DNA of 63,874 nt, taken from Chiloscyllium plagiosum (lineage: Eukaryota). The position numbers and the translations under genes were made by a program. Of this stretch, positions 13,181 through 26,367 are shown piece after piece (positions within the stretch are counted from its first letter, which is position 1; each line of letters starts with the position of its first letter). Under the pieces are notes generated by a model. That model saw nothing but the letters and a program-made list of their open reading frames with translations. It searched no databases and had not been told where the DNA came from. The stretch lies in contig NC_057718.1 of the NCBI RefSeq assembly GCF_004010195.1, positions 25,676,796-25,740,669 of the forward strand, read 5' to 3'.

Positions 13181-13734
13181 AACATCTGTCCCATTTAGCA
13201 CAGTGATAGTGTCACATAACATGATGGAGATTATTCTCAATGTGAAGGTGGGACCTCATCATCAGAAGGACTGTAATGGTGATCGCTTTTACCCATACTG
13301 TCATGGATAGGTGCATCTGCAGCTGGCAAGGATAAGGGCAATTATGTTTCTTCCTCTTGTTGGTTCCCTCACCATTTGCCACAGACCCATTCTGGCAGCT
13401 ATATCTTTTAGGACCTGACCAGCTCAATCAGTAGTATAGCTGCTGAGTCACTTGTGGTGGTGGACATTGAAACCCCCATCCAGGGTACATCTAGTTACAT
13501 GGAATCGAACCCAGGTGCCTGGCACTGCAAGGCAGCACAGCTAACCACTGAGCCACTGTGTTGCTCAAGTTGTCCCTTCATTTATGAAATGCGGCATGCT
13601 GCTTTCCTCGTTGAGGACTTGGGTGCAAGCTGTTATTGGTGGGCGTGCTGAAAGTACGTTATAATATTAATTTTGGCAGTGCTGTTCCTAAATTGCTGAC
13701 CAGAAGCTATAATTGTCAGCATACTCATTAAAAA

Positions 13735-13880
13735 AAGAAATAAAATATCGTAGATGTTAGGAACCTGAAATATTAGCTGAACATTCTGAAAATACTCAGC
13801 AATTAAGGCAGCATTCTGACTTGTTGCCTGTGGATGCTGCCTGACTTGAGCATTTCCAGCATTTTCTGTTTATATTTATG
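13735..13880. mobile_element. Old foldback PLE-derived remnant
   Basis: A minus-oriented half (ctgaaaatactcagc...ggcagcat) is followed by a plus half (gatgctgcctgacttgagcatttccagcattttctg). Confidence 0.55.
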
Positions 13881-15149
13881 AGTTGATTGCAGTGCAGCAT
13901 GTTGGTGAGCCAACATACTAAATCGGTGATCTCAGGCTCCCCATGTGTTAACACCATATCAGAGCTTGAAGCTTGGGCATTCAGGGATAGTGCGTGATTC
14001 CTTGCATCAAGGAACAAACCAGAGTTTGTAGTTAATGCAAAAATCCACAAAGATGTAGGCACAGAAGAAAAGATGGATGAACAGTAAACAGCATTTTTCA
14101 ACAACCTGTCTGACAGAGAAGAAACATAATGCAAAACATTTGTCAGAGAAACACTGAAAGCAAAAGCAGCAGTTGCTGAGAGGTGATAAAGCATTTCAGA
14201 TCAAAATTCAGTTTCATGATTTTATCCTGATGTTTAACCAATGATACCTACATTCTGCATTCACACTGTAATTGAATGTAGCAAAACTAACCATCTGGTG
14301 CTTATCAATTAACTACAGTGGTTGTATTAGAGGCAATGAAATTAGAGTTTCAAGCAATTGATAATCAATTAGCATTAATATGTTTAAAACAATCATTTTC
14401 AGGCATATCCCATTTTAAGTTGTAGGGACAATTGCAAAAAAACTCACTGAAATCAAAATCATTTATATCACACCACATTTTCATAGATGTCGGGGGTGCA
14501 TGCAAAGCCCCCTTTCTTTCCATGACATAATGTAACCATGAATTAAATAAAACTTGGTGAAAACCCATTTCTACATTCCCACTAATGTGGCAAAGAGCCA
14601 AGGAGCTCAGGTTTTGTTTTCCTAATTTTTTAAAAATCAACCAATATTTTACAATCCCAAGTGAGAGTCAATATCATTGCGGGATTGATTTCCCCAATGA
14701 GCACTCCTGTTAATTTGTCTTTAGTCCTTTAAAATTATCCCTTAAAATGACCAGATTGCCTGTGTTCATTTTCCTCTAGGTCATAGATTTCTCTCCCATT
14801 ACTAGATAGCACCTTGGTCCTGGCCCCCTTCTGTGGAACTTGTTGGTCAGCACTATCTTCCTCAGGGTGCCATAATGCATATATTTCCCAATTATTTCAT
14901 GATGGATTAGCTAGGACTTAAAACAATAAATGGGCAGTAGTTTTATAAGTACTAACCAATGTAACTACTCTATTTGAGCTACTTGACATGGGGTAGAATA
15001 GTTTGCACTGTTACTTTAATCAGCTTGAAAGGTATTATTGACCCTTATTACTGGTTAACCAGCAACCTTTTGTATACAAAAAAGTCGGGTTTCCTGGAAT
15101 TCTTCTCCCAAGGTTTATGACTGGCTGAGTGCAGCATGGCGTGATGGCC

Positions 15150-15520
15150 CGGGCGGCATGGTGGCTCAGTGGTGAGCAATGCTGACTCACAGCAACAGGG
15201 ACTCGGATTCAATTCCAGCCTTGGGCGACTGTGTGGAGTTTACACATTCTCCCAGTGTCTGTGAGGGTTTCCCTTGGGTGCTCTGGTTTTCTCCCACGGT
15301 TCAAAGACGTGCAGGTTAGGTGAATTGCCATGCTAAATTGTCCATAGCATTCAGGGATGTGTAGATTAGGTGCATTAGTTATGGATAAATATAGCATAAT
15401 AGGGGAAGGGGATTAGGTCTGGGTGGGTTACTCTTTGGAGGGTCGGTGTGGACTTGTGGGCCAAATGACCTGTTTCCAGGCTGTAGGCATTCTGTGATAC
15501 TGTAGGGATTCTATTCTATG
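15150..15520 (+). mobile_element. HE1-type SINE, full length
   Basis: A box ggtggctcagtgg, B box gattcaattcc, HE1 core and an attct tail. Confidence 0.92.
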
Positions 15521-15743
15521 AAAATACATTGGGCCTGCATTTGGCGACCTGGGTAATTAATATAAAATGCTTGCATTAAGTTCATTAAGGGTGAAAACTC
15601 AGCTGTAGCCCACAGAGGAATGCAGCTCTGATCTGATTCTGTCAAATTGGACTCCTAACACTTATCTGTTGGTTTTGTTTACCTGATACCCCTCAGCTTT
15701 AAATACTTCAGGATCCCTTGTTCTGGGCCGGAAGGCCTGGATT

Positions 15744-16047
15744 GGGAATCCAAAACTAGAGGACAAAAGTTGAAAGTGTGGAGGGGAATGATTTAAATGG
15801 GATTTGAGGGGCAACCTTTTCACACAGAGGGTGGTGCGTGTGTGGAACAAGCTGACAGAGGAAGTGGTGGAGGCTGGTACAATTATAGCATTTAAAAGGC
15901 ACCTGGCTGGCTACATGAATAGAAAAGGTTTAGAGGGATATGGGCCAAATGCTGGCAAATGGGACTAGAGTAAATTAGGATATTGGTTGATGCAGATGAA
16001 TTGGACTGAAAGGTCTGTTTCCATGCTGTATAACTCTTTGACAGTAT
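15744..16047 (+). mobile_element. CR1 3' fragment inserted in a short tRNA-like SINE (SINE halves at about 15711-15743 and 16048-16106)
   Basis: CR1 motif ggcaacctttt cacacagagggtggtgcgtgtgtggaac. The flanks join as gaaggcctggatt|aagtcccacctgctccagagg. Confidence 0.85.
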
Positions 16048-16611
16048 AAGTCCCACCTGCTCCAGAGGTGATTTGTAACTTCTCTGATCAAGGTGATTAA
16101 AAATACAAATACTACAGGATTGTGGTAACGTTTCCTGGGACACGATTGGTACATGACCAATTCTCATTGACCCTCTAATAAATCAGCTGTAGAACAAAGA
16201 TGTTCCTACCTCTTAGTTCATGATGAAATCAGACACGTTCCAAATTTCTTAGTCATGAAATGTTTTTACTGTATTTGTGAATTTTTATGTACTCCTTGGC
16301 ATATCATTGGAGGCTTGACATTGAAATTTACTGATGATACCACATTGAGGGGTATCGTTAATAATGTGAAAGACTGAATCAAAATACAGGCAAACACAAA
16401 TAGACTTAAAGAATTGATGAATAAATTGCAAACTAAATTTAATGCAGCAAAGTATGTGATAGTTCATTTTGGCAGGAGACATAAAGAGACCATTTACTCT
16501 TGAGAAAGTTGCAATTGGGTAAAGTAACAGATCAATAAATACACATAGAAAAATTACAATAGATAATGGTTTATTGAGGATGTAACCAAAAAGATTGATA
16601 AGTACAGAGCA

Positions 16612-17792
16612 GTAAGTGTTGTCAAGCCTTTGACAAGGTTCCACATTTTAGACTGATTAATAAAGGTAGATCATATGAGATTCAGAATGAGCTTGCCAAT
16701 TTGGTTCAAATTGACTTGAAAGTAAGAAACAGAGGGTCGTGGTGAAGGGTTATTTTTCGGAGTGAAGGTCTGTGACTAGTAGTGTTTGAAGGGATTGGTG
16801 CTGGGTCCACTGTTATTTGTCACTTATGTAAACGATTTGGATGAGAATTTAGGACGTATGGTTAGCAAATTTGCAGTTGACACCAAAATAGCCAATAGAG
16901 TCAACAGTGAAGAAGGTTATCTAAGATTACGAAGGGATCTTGATCAATTGGGCCAATGGACTGAGAAGTGGCAGATGGAGTTTAAATTTGGATAAACTCC
17001 CAAAACCTCCCAAAAACGCAAGTTTTAGCATTTTGGTGAAACAAACAAGGGCAGACTTGTACAGTTAATGTTAGGGTCCTGGATTGTTGAACAGAGAGAC
17101 CTAGGGGTTCAAGTACATAGTTCTTTGAAAGTTGTGTCACAGGTATACAGGGTGGTGAAGAAGACGTTTAGCACACTTGCCTTCATTACTCAGACCATTG
17201 AGTATTGGAGTTAGGATGCCATGTTGAAGTTGTACTGGATGTTGGTGAGGCTGCTTTTTTAATATTATGTACAGTTCTGGTCACCTGTTATAGGAAGGAT
17301 ATTATTAAATTGGATAGGATTCAGAAATGATTTGCCAGGATATTGCCAGGACTGGAGGGTTTAAGCTTTCTAGGAGAAACATGGATAGGTTGGGACTTTT
17401 TTCCTTGGGCCATAGGAGGATGGGAGGTGACCTTATAAAGTTTTATAACATCATTGGGGTATCGATAAGGTGAATGGCAGGTGTATTTTCCCTAGCGTTG
17501 GTGACTTCAAGACTAGGGGACATATTTTTTACGGTGAGAGGAGAAAGATTTAAAAGGAATCTGAGGGACAACTTTTTACACAGAGGTTGTGGTTCATATC
17601 TGGAATAACTGCTAGAGGAAGTGGTAGATGTTGGTATGGGGGTGACCCTTTGCATAAGGTTGAGTTTCTATGAGGTGGCAATATTTAAAAGACATGTGGA
17701 CTGGTAGGTAAATAGGAAAGGTTTAGAGTTTGGTCAGTATGAATGAGTTGGACTGAAGTGTCTGTGCTGTATGACACTTAGGCTCTGTGACT
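16612..17792 (+). mobile_element. 5'-truncated CR1 LINE within older CR1 remnants (about 16280-16610 and 17800-17860)
   Basis: ORF 16786-16995 GLVLGPLLFVTYVNDLD...SKFAVDTK...KWQMEF, plus 3'UTR. Confidence 0.9.
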
Positions 17793-17909
17793 TAGTGCAA
17801 GTTGATAAGACAATCAATATTGCAAACTAAGTCTGAATAAAAGTTGTTATAGGATCAAAAAGGAGCAAAATTTCCTTTCGCTCCTGAACTCAATCTGGTT
17901 GTGATGGTG

Positions 17910-18063
17910 TCAAGATTAGAGTGGTGCTGGAAAAGCACAGCAGGTCAGGCAGTATCCTAGGAGCAGGAAAATTTTGGGCAGGAGCCTTTCATCAGGAATG
18001 TGCTTTTCCAGCACCCCTCTAATCTTAACTCTGATCTCCAGCATCTGCAGTCCTCACTTTCAC
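17910..18063. mobile_element. Foldback mini-PLE with 15-bp TSD
   Basis: TSD ctggttgtgatggtg at 17895-17909 and 18064-18078. A minus-oriented unit (CTGATGA core at 17989-17995) is followed by an inverted 3' piece. Confidence 0.85.
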
Positions 18064-18089
18064 CTGGTTGTGATGGTGATCTATCCTCT

Positions 18090-18815
18090 ACTGTGTAGTT
18101 CTGTTTGCACCATCCGAAGAGTTTGATCTCCCCAGTGCTAACATGCTGTCGTTATTTGGGAATATGTTCTGAAGTGGAGAGAAAATGGATTTTGATTTTG
18201 AGTTTGTGAAGGTTTGTTTTTTTCAGTCAGAAAGCCACTTTTGAACAGAGCTTCTTTTTTAAAAAAAACACAGCATTTCCAAGAGACCACCTGACTTTAA
18301 ATGAACAGCAAGTCACCTAGGAAGATGATCACTGGGGTGTTTGCTGACTTGCATTTTTCAACCTAAAAAGAAAGAAGGTCATTGACAGAGGTTTATACAG
18401 CCAAAGTCCATAACTGCTGAAGTACATTTAACTACAGTCTCCAGAACGCTCAGGGTAAGCCTGGAATGAAGTGCTGAGTTGCTGAAAAAAAAATTCCTGA
18501 ACCAGAAGGCTGCAGAAGTCTCAGAAAAGGAGACATCTTAAAAATCTGTTGAAGAGAATAATGTCAAGTGAATGCACAAAACGTTGCTGTAACCAAAGCT
18601 GGTTACAGCTGTGTCAGTTGAAGAAGGAGCTTTCGTATGAATATAGGGTTGACTTTCTTTCTGATATCTTTATTGAGTTTATTTCAATAATTTTTATATG
18701 GTGTAACGTACTTTATGTTCTTTTTCCCTTGTGTAATCAACTGTTTTTTTGTTAAAATGCATTGATAGCCTCTTGTGAAACATTCTGTGACTGACCACCA
18801 TTGTAAACAAAAAAA
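18090..18815 (+). mobile_element. Possible decayed LTR-like element
   Basis: General LTR-like layout only. No termini or TSD resolved. Confidence 0.25.
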
Positions 18816-19421
18816 TGTACATTTTGGCAATCATTTAAGATTATCAATATATCTATGAAATTAAATTAGAAATGCTTTTGTCATGACAATACCTGTGTGA
18901 GCTATGATCTAATTGAATGATTTTTAAAAAAGCTTGACAAATTGAATGAGAGGCATATTCCTGCTCCTATGTTATAAGGTTTGATGTTACATTGAGAATA
19001 TTTAAACAGTTTTTTTATAGCCTTCCTCAGTGAGGCCAACACTATATTCTTATCTTTGAATGCACTTTTACGACCTCAGAATGACTTGCATTAAAAATTG
19101 AAAAGCTTCTATGATTCCATTTTCTTACACATGCTGTGCCTAATGTGCATAGAAGGCAGTCTAATAGCTTCAGACTTTAATTTTCATAAACAGGGGCTAA
19201 TAGAAATAATATAAGTTTCAAGCTTTCTGTGGGCCCCCAGTTATCATGCTGTCTTTGCTTGCTTAAGTTGTTTTCCGTTCTGGCATTTACTAATCAGACT
19301 GACAGGGTATTTCACCATACGTACCGGGTCCGAAGCTACCCTTAATGATAGTCATTACCCTGCTGGAATAAATTCAAAGCTCCCCAGGTTCGGTCGTAGT
19401 TGCTGCTTAGACTTCTTCTGT

Positions 19422-19715
19422 GGTGTGGCATGGTGGCTCAGTGGTTAGCACTGCTGCCTCACAGCACCAGAGTCCCAGGTTTGATTCCAGCCTCAGGTGA
19501 CTGTCTGTGTAGAGTTTGCACATTCTCCTTGTGTCTGTGTGGGTTTCCTCCAACAGTCCAAAGATGTGCAGGTCAGGTGAATTGGCCATGCGAAATTGCC
19601 CAGTGTTAGGTGTATCAGTCAGAGGGAAATGGGTCTGGGTGGGTTACTCTTCGGAGGGTCGGTGTGGACTGGTTGGGCTGAAGGGCCTGTTTCCACACTG
19701 TAGGGAATCTAATCA
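19422..19715 (+). mobile_element. HE1-type SINE
   Basis: A and B boxes, HE1 core, tail gggcctgtttccacactgtagggaatctaatc. Confidence 0.92.
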
Positions 19716-20025
19716 TTAACATGAAAAGGGTCTTAAAAAATTTTAGGAAGTTTATCAAGAAACTCCTGGATCGTGACACTCTAGTTACGAGCAAAGCCAG
19801 CAGCATCACTGCATAATTTAATTAGGTCAAATCAACAGTGGGATGACATAAAGTGACTGCGTAAATCAGTTCTTAGCAACTTGAATGCATCTTTTGATAA
19901 TTATTTCATATAACAGCATCTACATATGAAAGGGTCCTGAAATGAGTTATAAAATATTAGAAATATACAACAAATCAGTCAGTATCATGGACACAGACAT
20001 ATCTGAGAATTCATGACCAATTAGA

Positions 20026-20679
20026 ATGAGGCAGAACTTAACGTGCACCCGCAAGACAGGTTTGGAAACAAAGTGGCATTTAGTAGGGCAGGTTTGTGGA
20101 CCGCACCACCTTTCTGCCTCTTCCCCACTAAGTCCAGGGTGGGATGGCTTGTGCGTAATTTTCCCAGCCCAACAATAATTGAGGCCCTAAAGTGGGCAGT
20201 TAACAGACTCATCACTGTCCCCGCTGATATTTACCTAGTGATGCCTGGGGCAGTGGCCAAACTGGAGACCTGAAAAAAACAAGCCTGAAAGGCTGGCACT
20301 TTGAGTAGGGAGGGGAGAATGGCTGTGGAAATGAGAGGGAAGGGTGGAGGTTGGCCTCTTACCAGCCAGCCACTCTCTTCTACAATCCTTATCCCACCCT
20401 CATCAGCAGTGGCCTGGGTCCCTGACAAATCCTGGTCCTCTGGATGGCTACCTTGTCAGCAGGTGCCACTGTGGGTGTGTCTGCAATGGCAAGCTATTAT
20501 CAGGGTACAGCTTTTTGTTCCTTTGTGTTCTTGGCCCTCGCAAAGGCTGCTCACAAGCTGTTCAATGCTTCACTAGTGCTTTACACAGTTGGCATTCACC
20601 AAAGGAGGAAATGGGGAGCCATCGTCCTCTCTATAGCTGGTGAAAAAGACCCCTGTTCTCTGGATTAAATTCTACTCAT
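20026..20679. mobile_element. Non-autonomous DNA transposon or MITE, possibly PIF/Harbinger-like
   Basis: Imperfect terminal inverted repeats atgaggcagaactta ... taaattctactcat around a GC-richer body. Confidence 0.45.
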
Positions 20680-22737
20680 TGAATCTAACAGCAAAAAAAT
20701 GATTGCCTTACGTCTGTGCCAGCTCTTTGAAAGATCTATTGAATTAATACTCTACCCCACAGTTTCCCTGTAGCCCTGTATAATTTATTTTCCTTTCCAA
20801 GCATATATTTAATTCTACTTTGAAATTTACTTTTGAATTCAGTTCCATGTTCTTACCATCAATGCATTCATGACACTAGCAACTCATGTTTGAAAAAGAA
20901 TTCTCCTTGCTCTTTCTCCTCCTTATCATTTTGGTTGGATTCCAATTGAGGTGTAATCTGGAACCTTGATACAGTGCTCACGTAAGTTGGATGTTCTTTC
21001 AGAGGAGTCTGGCATATGGTTAATTGACACACATCATAAGCTCCAAGTTTGTTGAAGCAGTCAGGCCCACTTGGGGAATCCAGGCTTGGACTCATAAAAT
21101 TCGAGGATACAATTATGCCTGAGAACTTTTAAAGCAGTGCTTTTACAAAGGGGACCTTTGAAGAGGAGAGGGGCAATTTGTTGATGACCCCCCCAAGCTA
21201 ACAACCCAGGCACCTCCAGGTGACTTTCCAGTGTGGTAGATATAACAGAAACCTCTCAAATGTATTTAAACACTGAACATCACTTGATCCCAAAACAAAA
21301 GCAGCTGAAGTCAGCAGGAGAGCTTCCTGGATGGAATTGCAGATCCACAGACTTTTGGTGTCATGTAGTTTAGTGGGCTTTTTCATCAACTGATGTGGAG
21401 GAATTTATTCTCCTTTACAAAAAGTTGAAGAAAAATCTGTTCACTAACATTTCACTATGATTGCTGAGTTGTAAAGAAAAGTATTTTCATGTTAAATAAA
21501 AAGGAAATACATTGTGTTATTCCTATTATTTCTCTGCTTTTGTTCTGTTTTGCAGAGGAATCTGGAATTTGTTTTTGTCAAATTTGGTGTGGTATAATTT
21601 AGGAAGACTGCCCAATATTTTTTGTGTGAATGTTATATTGGAACTCAAAAATAGGTACTTAATTCCTTGCAGATCAGAAGTCCAATGTTTGAATTATACT
21701 GTGTGCAGTGTGCATTATTTCGTGGCAAAACACATCCTATACCAATCATGAAATACTGTCAGTGAAGCATTTTATTTTGTTTTCTCATGATACTATAAAA
21801 TGTGCCACGATTTAATAATCAGGATCATTAGTCACTGTCTATGTTATCTATTTGTCTTTTCTTGAGAAAAAAAACCTTTTGGTGAGACTGATTCCTTTTC
21901 CTTCTCTTGGATTATGAATGAATATATTTTATTTTGCTCATCTAAAGATATGTCAAGAAGACTGAGGCATAACAATAAATAATGGATAGTAGAGGGATGT
22001 ATTAGATCACATTGACACACTTACTCCTGAGTTTCAAAACTAGCAAATAAAAGCCACGGAAATCCATATATTATTAAAATCCATTCCAGTTGACTCTTAA
22101 TTTTTGTGCTATTTCAAAATAACATCAACATGCTGTAATTGATTTATTGAGCAGCAGTGTATGAGCTTCAACAAGCTGACAGTAGAGATAAGTGTACTAT
22201 TTAAATGGATCTAGAAAGGATGAATGGAGAAAAGTTGAAAGATGCTATGTTGCGAGAGACAATCACCTTCTACATCTAAGGGTAAAGGTGGCATCCGCCC
22301 CAAAGCAATGATACGGTTGCTACTTAAGGTCTTTTATGCATCAACTTTGAATAGTAACAATGCAGCTTCCAATTGACAATAACCCAAATTTTAAGTAAGC
22401 CTTAATTGTAAAGTCACTTCAAGAACTCCAAAGCATAGTTGGCAGGAAAATGTTGCCCAGGTATTGTATATACTGTTTCTCTAATACAGAATTACATTCA
22501 ACTGTGGCAGGAATCTGGGGCAAGTGGTAAGGGAGCCATTAACATTATCATGACTGGTGAAAAATGAGGGGAATCAGATTGCCCACTCACATTACAACAT
22601 GCCTAATTTTAGTTTTCATTGACTTCAGGTCAGCACGTTATGCAGGAGGTCAATTTGATCCCACAAGTTTTCTGATGGGCAGTGTGGTTTACCCACAGCC
22701 TGCTTCACAGTTTTGAAACAGTTTCTACCCTACTGTT

Positions 22738-22925
22738 ATTAGAATACTGAATGGACTCACAAACTCTTAACATTCGCCTGTATCTGTGTTTTTGTTTTTG
22801 CCGCTGTTTACCTAATATTAACTTATCTATGCCACTTAACTATGTGATCTGCCCGTATTGCTTGCAAGACAAAGCATTTCACTGAGCCTTGGTACACGTG
22901 ACAATAAATTCAATTCATTTCAAAT
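22738..22925 (+). mobile_element. Rex1/Babar-type LINE 3'UTR fragment
   Basis: Ends in tttcactg...gtacacgtgacaataaa(ttcaa)n, matching the 3' end of the Rex1 copy at 55022. Confidence 0.65.
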
Positions 22926-23132
22926 GTTTTATTTGCCAATATGAATGTCTCCCACTTTGGCCTATTAGCTTAAGACAGTTCAGTGGGATAATATTGTTTC
23001 TTTGAGCATAATTAGTGAACTGGAGGCATATTGGGCCTAATATTATGCCTGTTTTTGAGAAAATTCTCCCCCCATCCCTGACTTTTGTTTGTACATCACA
23101 AAATGCAAAATTTGCCTTGAACCTATTTAGTT

Positions 23133-23762
23133 CGATACGAAGATAGGTGGAGTTGTGGACAGTGAGGAGGGCTGTTGTCGGCTGCAGAGGGACTTAGATA
23201 TGATGCAGAGCTGGGCTGAGGAGTGGCAGATGGAGTTCAACCCTGCCAAGTGTGAGGTTGTCCATTTTGGAAGAACAAATAAGAATGCGGAATACAGGGT
23301 TAATGGTAGGGTTCTTAGTCAGGTGGAGGAACAGAGGGATCTTGGGGTCTATGTACATAGATCTTTGAAGGTTGCCACTCAGGTGGATAGAGTTTGTAAG
23401 AAGGCCTATGGAGTATTATCGTTCATAAGCAGAGGGATTGAATTCAAGAGTCGTGAAGTGATGTTACAGCTGTACAGGACTTTGGTTAGGCCACAGTTGG
23501 AGTACTGTGTGCAGTTCTGGTCGCCTCACTTTAGGAAAGATGTGGAAGCTTTGGAGAGGGTGCAGAGAAGATTTACCAGGATGTTGCCGGGAATGGAGAG
23601 GCTTGGAATGCGCTGCCCATGGGAGTGGTAGAGTCGGAATCATTGGCGACCTTTAAGCGGCATTTGGATAGGTACATGGATGGGTACTTAATCTAGGTTA
23701 GAAGTTCGGCACAACATCGTGGGCCGAAGGGCCTGTTCTGTGCTGTATTGTTCTATGTTCTA
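23133..23762 (+). mobile_element. Young 5'-truncated CR1 with an internal deletion near 23600
   Basis: Open ORF 23155-23631 (WQMEFNPAKC...LEYCVQFWSP...RVQRRFTRM), ttctatgttcta tail, possible TSD tagtt. Confidence 0.95.
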
Positions 23763-23919
23763 GTTTGAGTTTGGAATTTAAAACAGTGCAGTTAGTGCTG
23801 AATAGGCTCTGAAACAATTGAAATGAGCTGGCAGCACAGAATTCAAAAGCTGCTCACACCACAATCAACAGGCACAAGATAATAATTTATTATGATCCTC
23901 ATGCAGCTTAATTATTTGC

Positions 23920-24310
23920 TCCTTCCACCACTGATGCATAGTGCTAGCAGTGTGCATTATGTGCACAATACACTGCAGTAAGTCATCAAGCCTCCTTCAA
24001 CATTACCTTCCAAACCTGTAATGTCTACCACCTAACAGGGCAAAGACAACAAATACATGGGTACGCCACCACCTGCAAATTCTCCTTCAAGTCATAAACT
24101 ATCCTGATGAGGAACTAACTCACTGTGCTTTTATTGTCATTGCACTAAAGTCCTGGAACTTCCTTCCTAGTAGCACTGTGGGATTACCTACACACATCGA
24201 CTGCAGCACTTCAAGAAATAAAATCTCACCACCTTCTCCAAGGCAATTGGGAATGGGCAATAAATGCCAGGTTTGCCAGTGATGCACATCCAACAATGAA
24301 TTAAAAATAA
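23920..24310 (+). mobile_element. LINE family B 3' end
   Basis: Homologous to 61783-62245 and to the minus-strand 10915-11300. Confidence 0.8.
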
Positions 24311-24602
24311 CACGATCCGATGCTGACCCCGGTACTGTGAGTTATTTCTGTTACATAAGCAACATCCCTCATAAGACACAAGGAAAAGTTCTGTTTGTTG
24401 CATGGCTCTCCAGAAAGTTTACAATGGGCTGGGACCCTGTGTGTGAAAATATCAACCTAATTTCTGACACTGCAATCCCATTTTAGTTGGGGCAGGAGTG
24501 CATCAGAAGAATTGATGATTGGTGATGCTAAAGAATCACCACATGTGGATGTGGAAAGCATGCTGACTTCAAGCTTGTGTCTTGGAGTCCTTTACCACCA
24601 TA

Positions 24603-24898
24603 ATTTTCTTTTTATTCATTCAAAGGATGTGGGCATCTTTGGCTAGGCCAGTATTTATTACCCATCCCTAACTGCCCAGTGGGTCGTCAAGATTTCATCG
24701 CAGTGTTGTGGGTCTGGAATCACATGTTGGTCAGTGAACCAGTTGGGTTTTTCCTAACATGGTCATCATTAGACTTTTAATTCCAAATTTTTATTGATGA
24801 CAAATTCTACCATCTGGATTCAAACCCAGGTCTCCGGAACATTGCCTGGACCTCTGGATTAATAATCTCATGATAATATCACTAAGCCATTGCTTCCC
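24603..24898 (-). mobile_element. tRNA-headed SINE sharing its head with the 57724 element and its tail with LINE family B
   Basis: Minus strand: gggaagcaatggcttagtgatattatc...gggtttgaatcc...ctggttcactga...gggatgggtaataaatactggcctagcc...cccacatcc...gaataaaaa. Confidence 0.8.
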
Positions 24899-26367
24899 AT
24901 ACTCATACTTTTACTCAGTTTGTTGGACTCTCTTGCAAAGAGGAGAACTTGGATTACAATTCAGGAGGACCTTGTCTCACTGCACATAGCTCATCCTGTA
25001 CTTTAGAAAACAATATAAGATTTTGATGGAATATCAGAATGTAGGTCCATTTGATGACTGTTATAGCATGAACTTCATCTGCCCAAGGTAGACAAAAGGG
25101 GTGACCTCTCTCTGGCTCCCACGTATTTCAGCAGTTACACTGGGATGTTAGCTCATGCATTGCTCTCCTGCCCTGTGTTTAATGTGAATTGGTTTCCCTC
25201 CCTGTAGAGGTAGTTTCTTCGTCCCTTCACAGCATTCGCAAGAACTTGAAAGACTTCATTCATAAAACTGATCTTTCTACATTTTACAGTGGCCCAGTTT
25301 ACCCTTCTCCACTGCAGAATTGATGTGGTGAGTATTCCTTACAGTCGTAAAGGAATTTAACAGGTGATTCAGCAGAGGTTTACAGTTTTCTAACTGGCTG
25401 ATTAGCTGTGCTTTAGTTGTAACACATCAGAGTACCAAGAAATGTTGTTGAATCTACAAGTTGCATCTGCTAAAGATAAAGAAAATGTTAATCCCTGTTT
25501 CATGTTAACCATAAATTAAACCTCCCCCCGGATGCTGACATATTGTGACAATCATTTGATCATGCTGATTTCTTAGTCCCTGAGCTGTTTAACTGTTTAC
25601 ACTAAAATCCATAACACATTTTGGAAACCTATTTGAATACATGAAGTTTTGACTTGCTGATAAATGTTTCTTCCCAATGTTGTTAGAACCAAATGCCAAT
25701 ACACTATTGATTGATGACTCCATGGCATTTCTAAGGAAAAACAAGCACTCAAAAAGCCCTCTATTATGATATCATTAAAATCTAATTTGTTCATAATGGA
25801 TTTTCCCATACCTTGTTCCAATCAAAAGGTGTGACAAGGTGAGATTGTGAGTTAAGGTTGACTTGTATTGGCTTAGGACTAAAACAGAGCTGGATGTAAC
25901 TAAACTAAACTGATGCGAAACAATAAGAATTCCATTAAACATACAAACTAAAAATGTGAAACAAAAATTCTTTTCATATTTTGTCCTTCATCCTGGAACC
26001 ATTTGCCTCTGAGGACCTTAGTGATCCTACGCTGTCCACTGCATTAAGGTGTTAGTTTACAAGTGAATGATCCTAGTGCAGAACTTCATCACCTGCTGGG
26101 AGCGCATGTTGAGAATATTTGCATGCCATTTCCATCACTCTCTTTTCATTCATTTTAATTTAATAGTAAGAATATTTTAATAGTAAGTGACCACCATGAA
26201 CTCTGTTATGAACTCCTAACACTACACAGGCACTGCTAATATATAACATCAGTGGACTAACTTGAACTCCACTCTCCCATAAATTAGTACATATTTTAAG
26301 TTGTTGGTACTAACAGATCTTATTCTGATTTTGGATTTATCAAGAATAAGGCAAAGGTACCAAGACA

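Larger units (their letters stand above)
10915..13492 (-). mobile_element. CR1/L2-group LINE 'family B', 5'-truncated and decayed
   Basis: ORFs with KVTGPDNVLAIVLKSCAPDLVSPLAKLFQYSY and TIYKAQVRSVMEYSPLAW. Colinear with the plus-strand copy at 58460-62245. Confidence 0.9.
10822..13562 (-). mobile_element. HE1 SINE split by a LINE (3' part about 10822-10914, tRNA head about 13499-13562)
   Basis: Head on the minus strand: cacagtggctcagtggttagc...ctgggttcgattcca. Tail part: caggccattcagcccaatgagtccacactgaccctc. Confidence 0.65.

Noticed and set aside
15150..15225. tRNA genes at SINE heads (also 19422, 37638, 42563, 45803, 57724)
   Set aside because: A and B boxes run straight into SINE bodies with no complete cloverleaf.
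25310..25330. In-frame TGA read as selenocysteine (QN-U-C)
   Set aside because: Matches no selenoprotein motif I know and no SECIS was identified.
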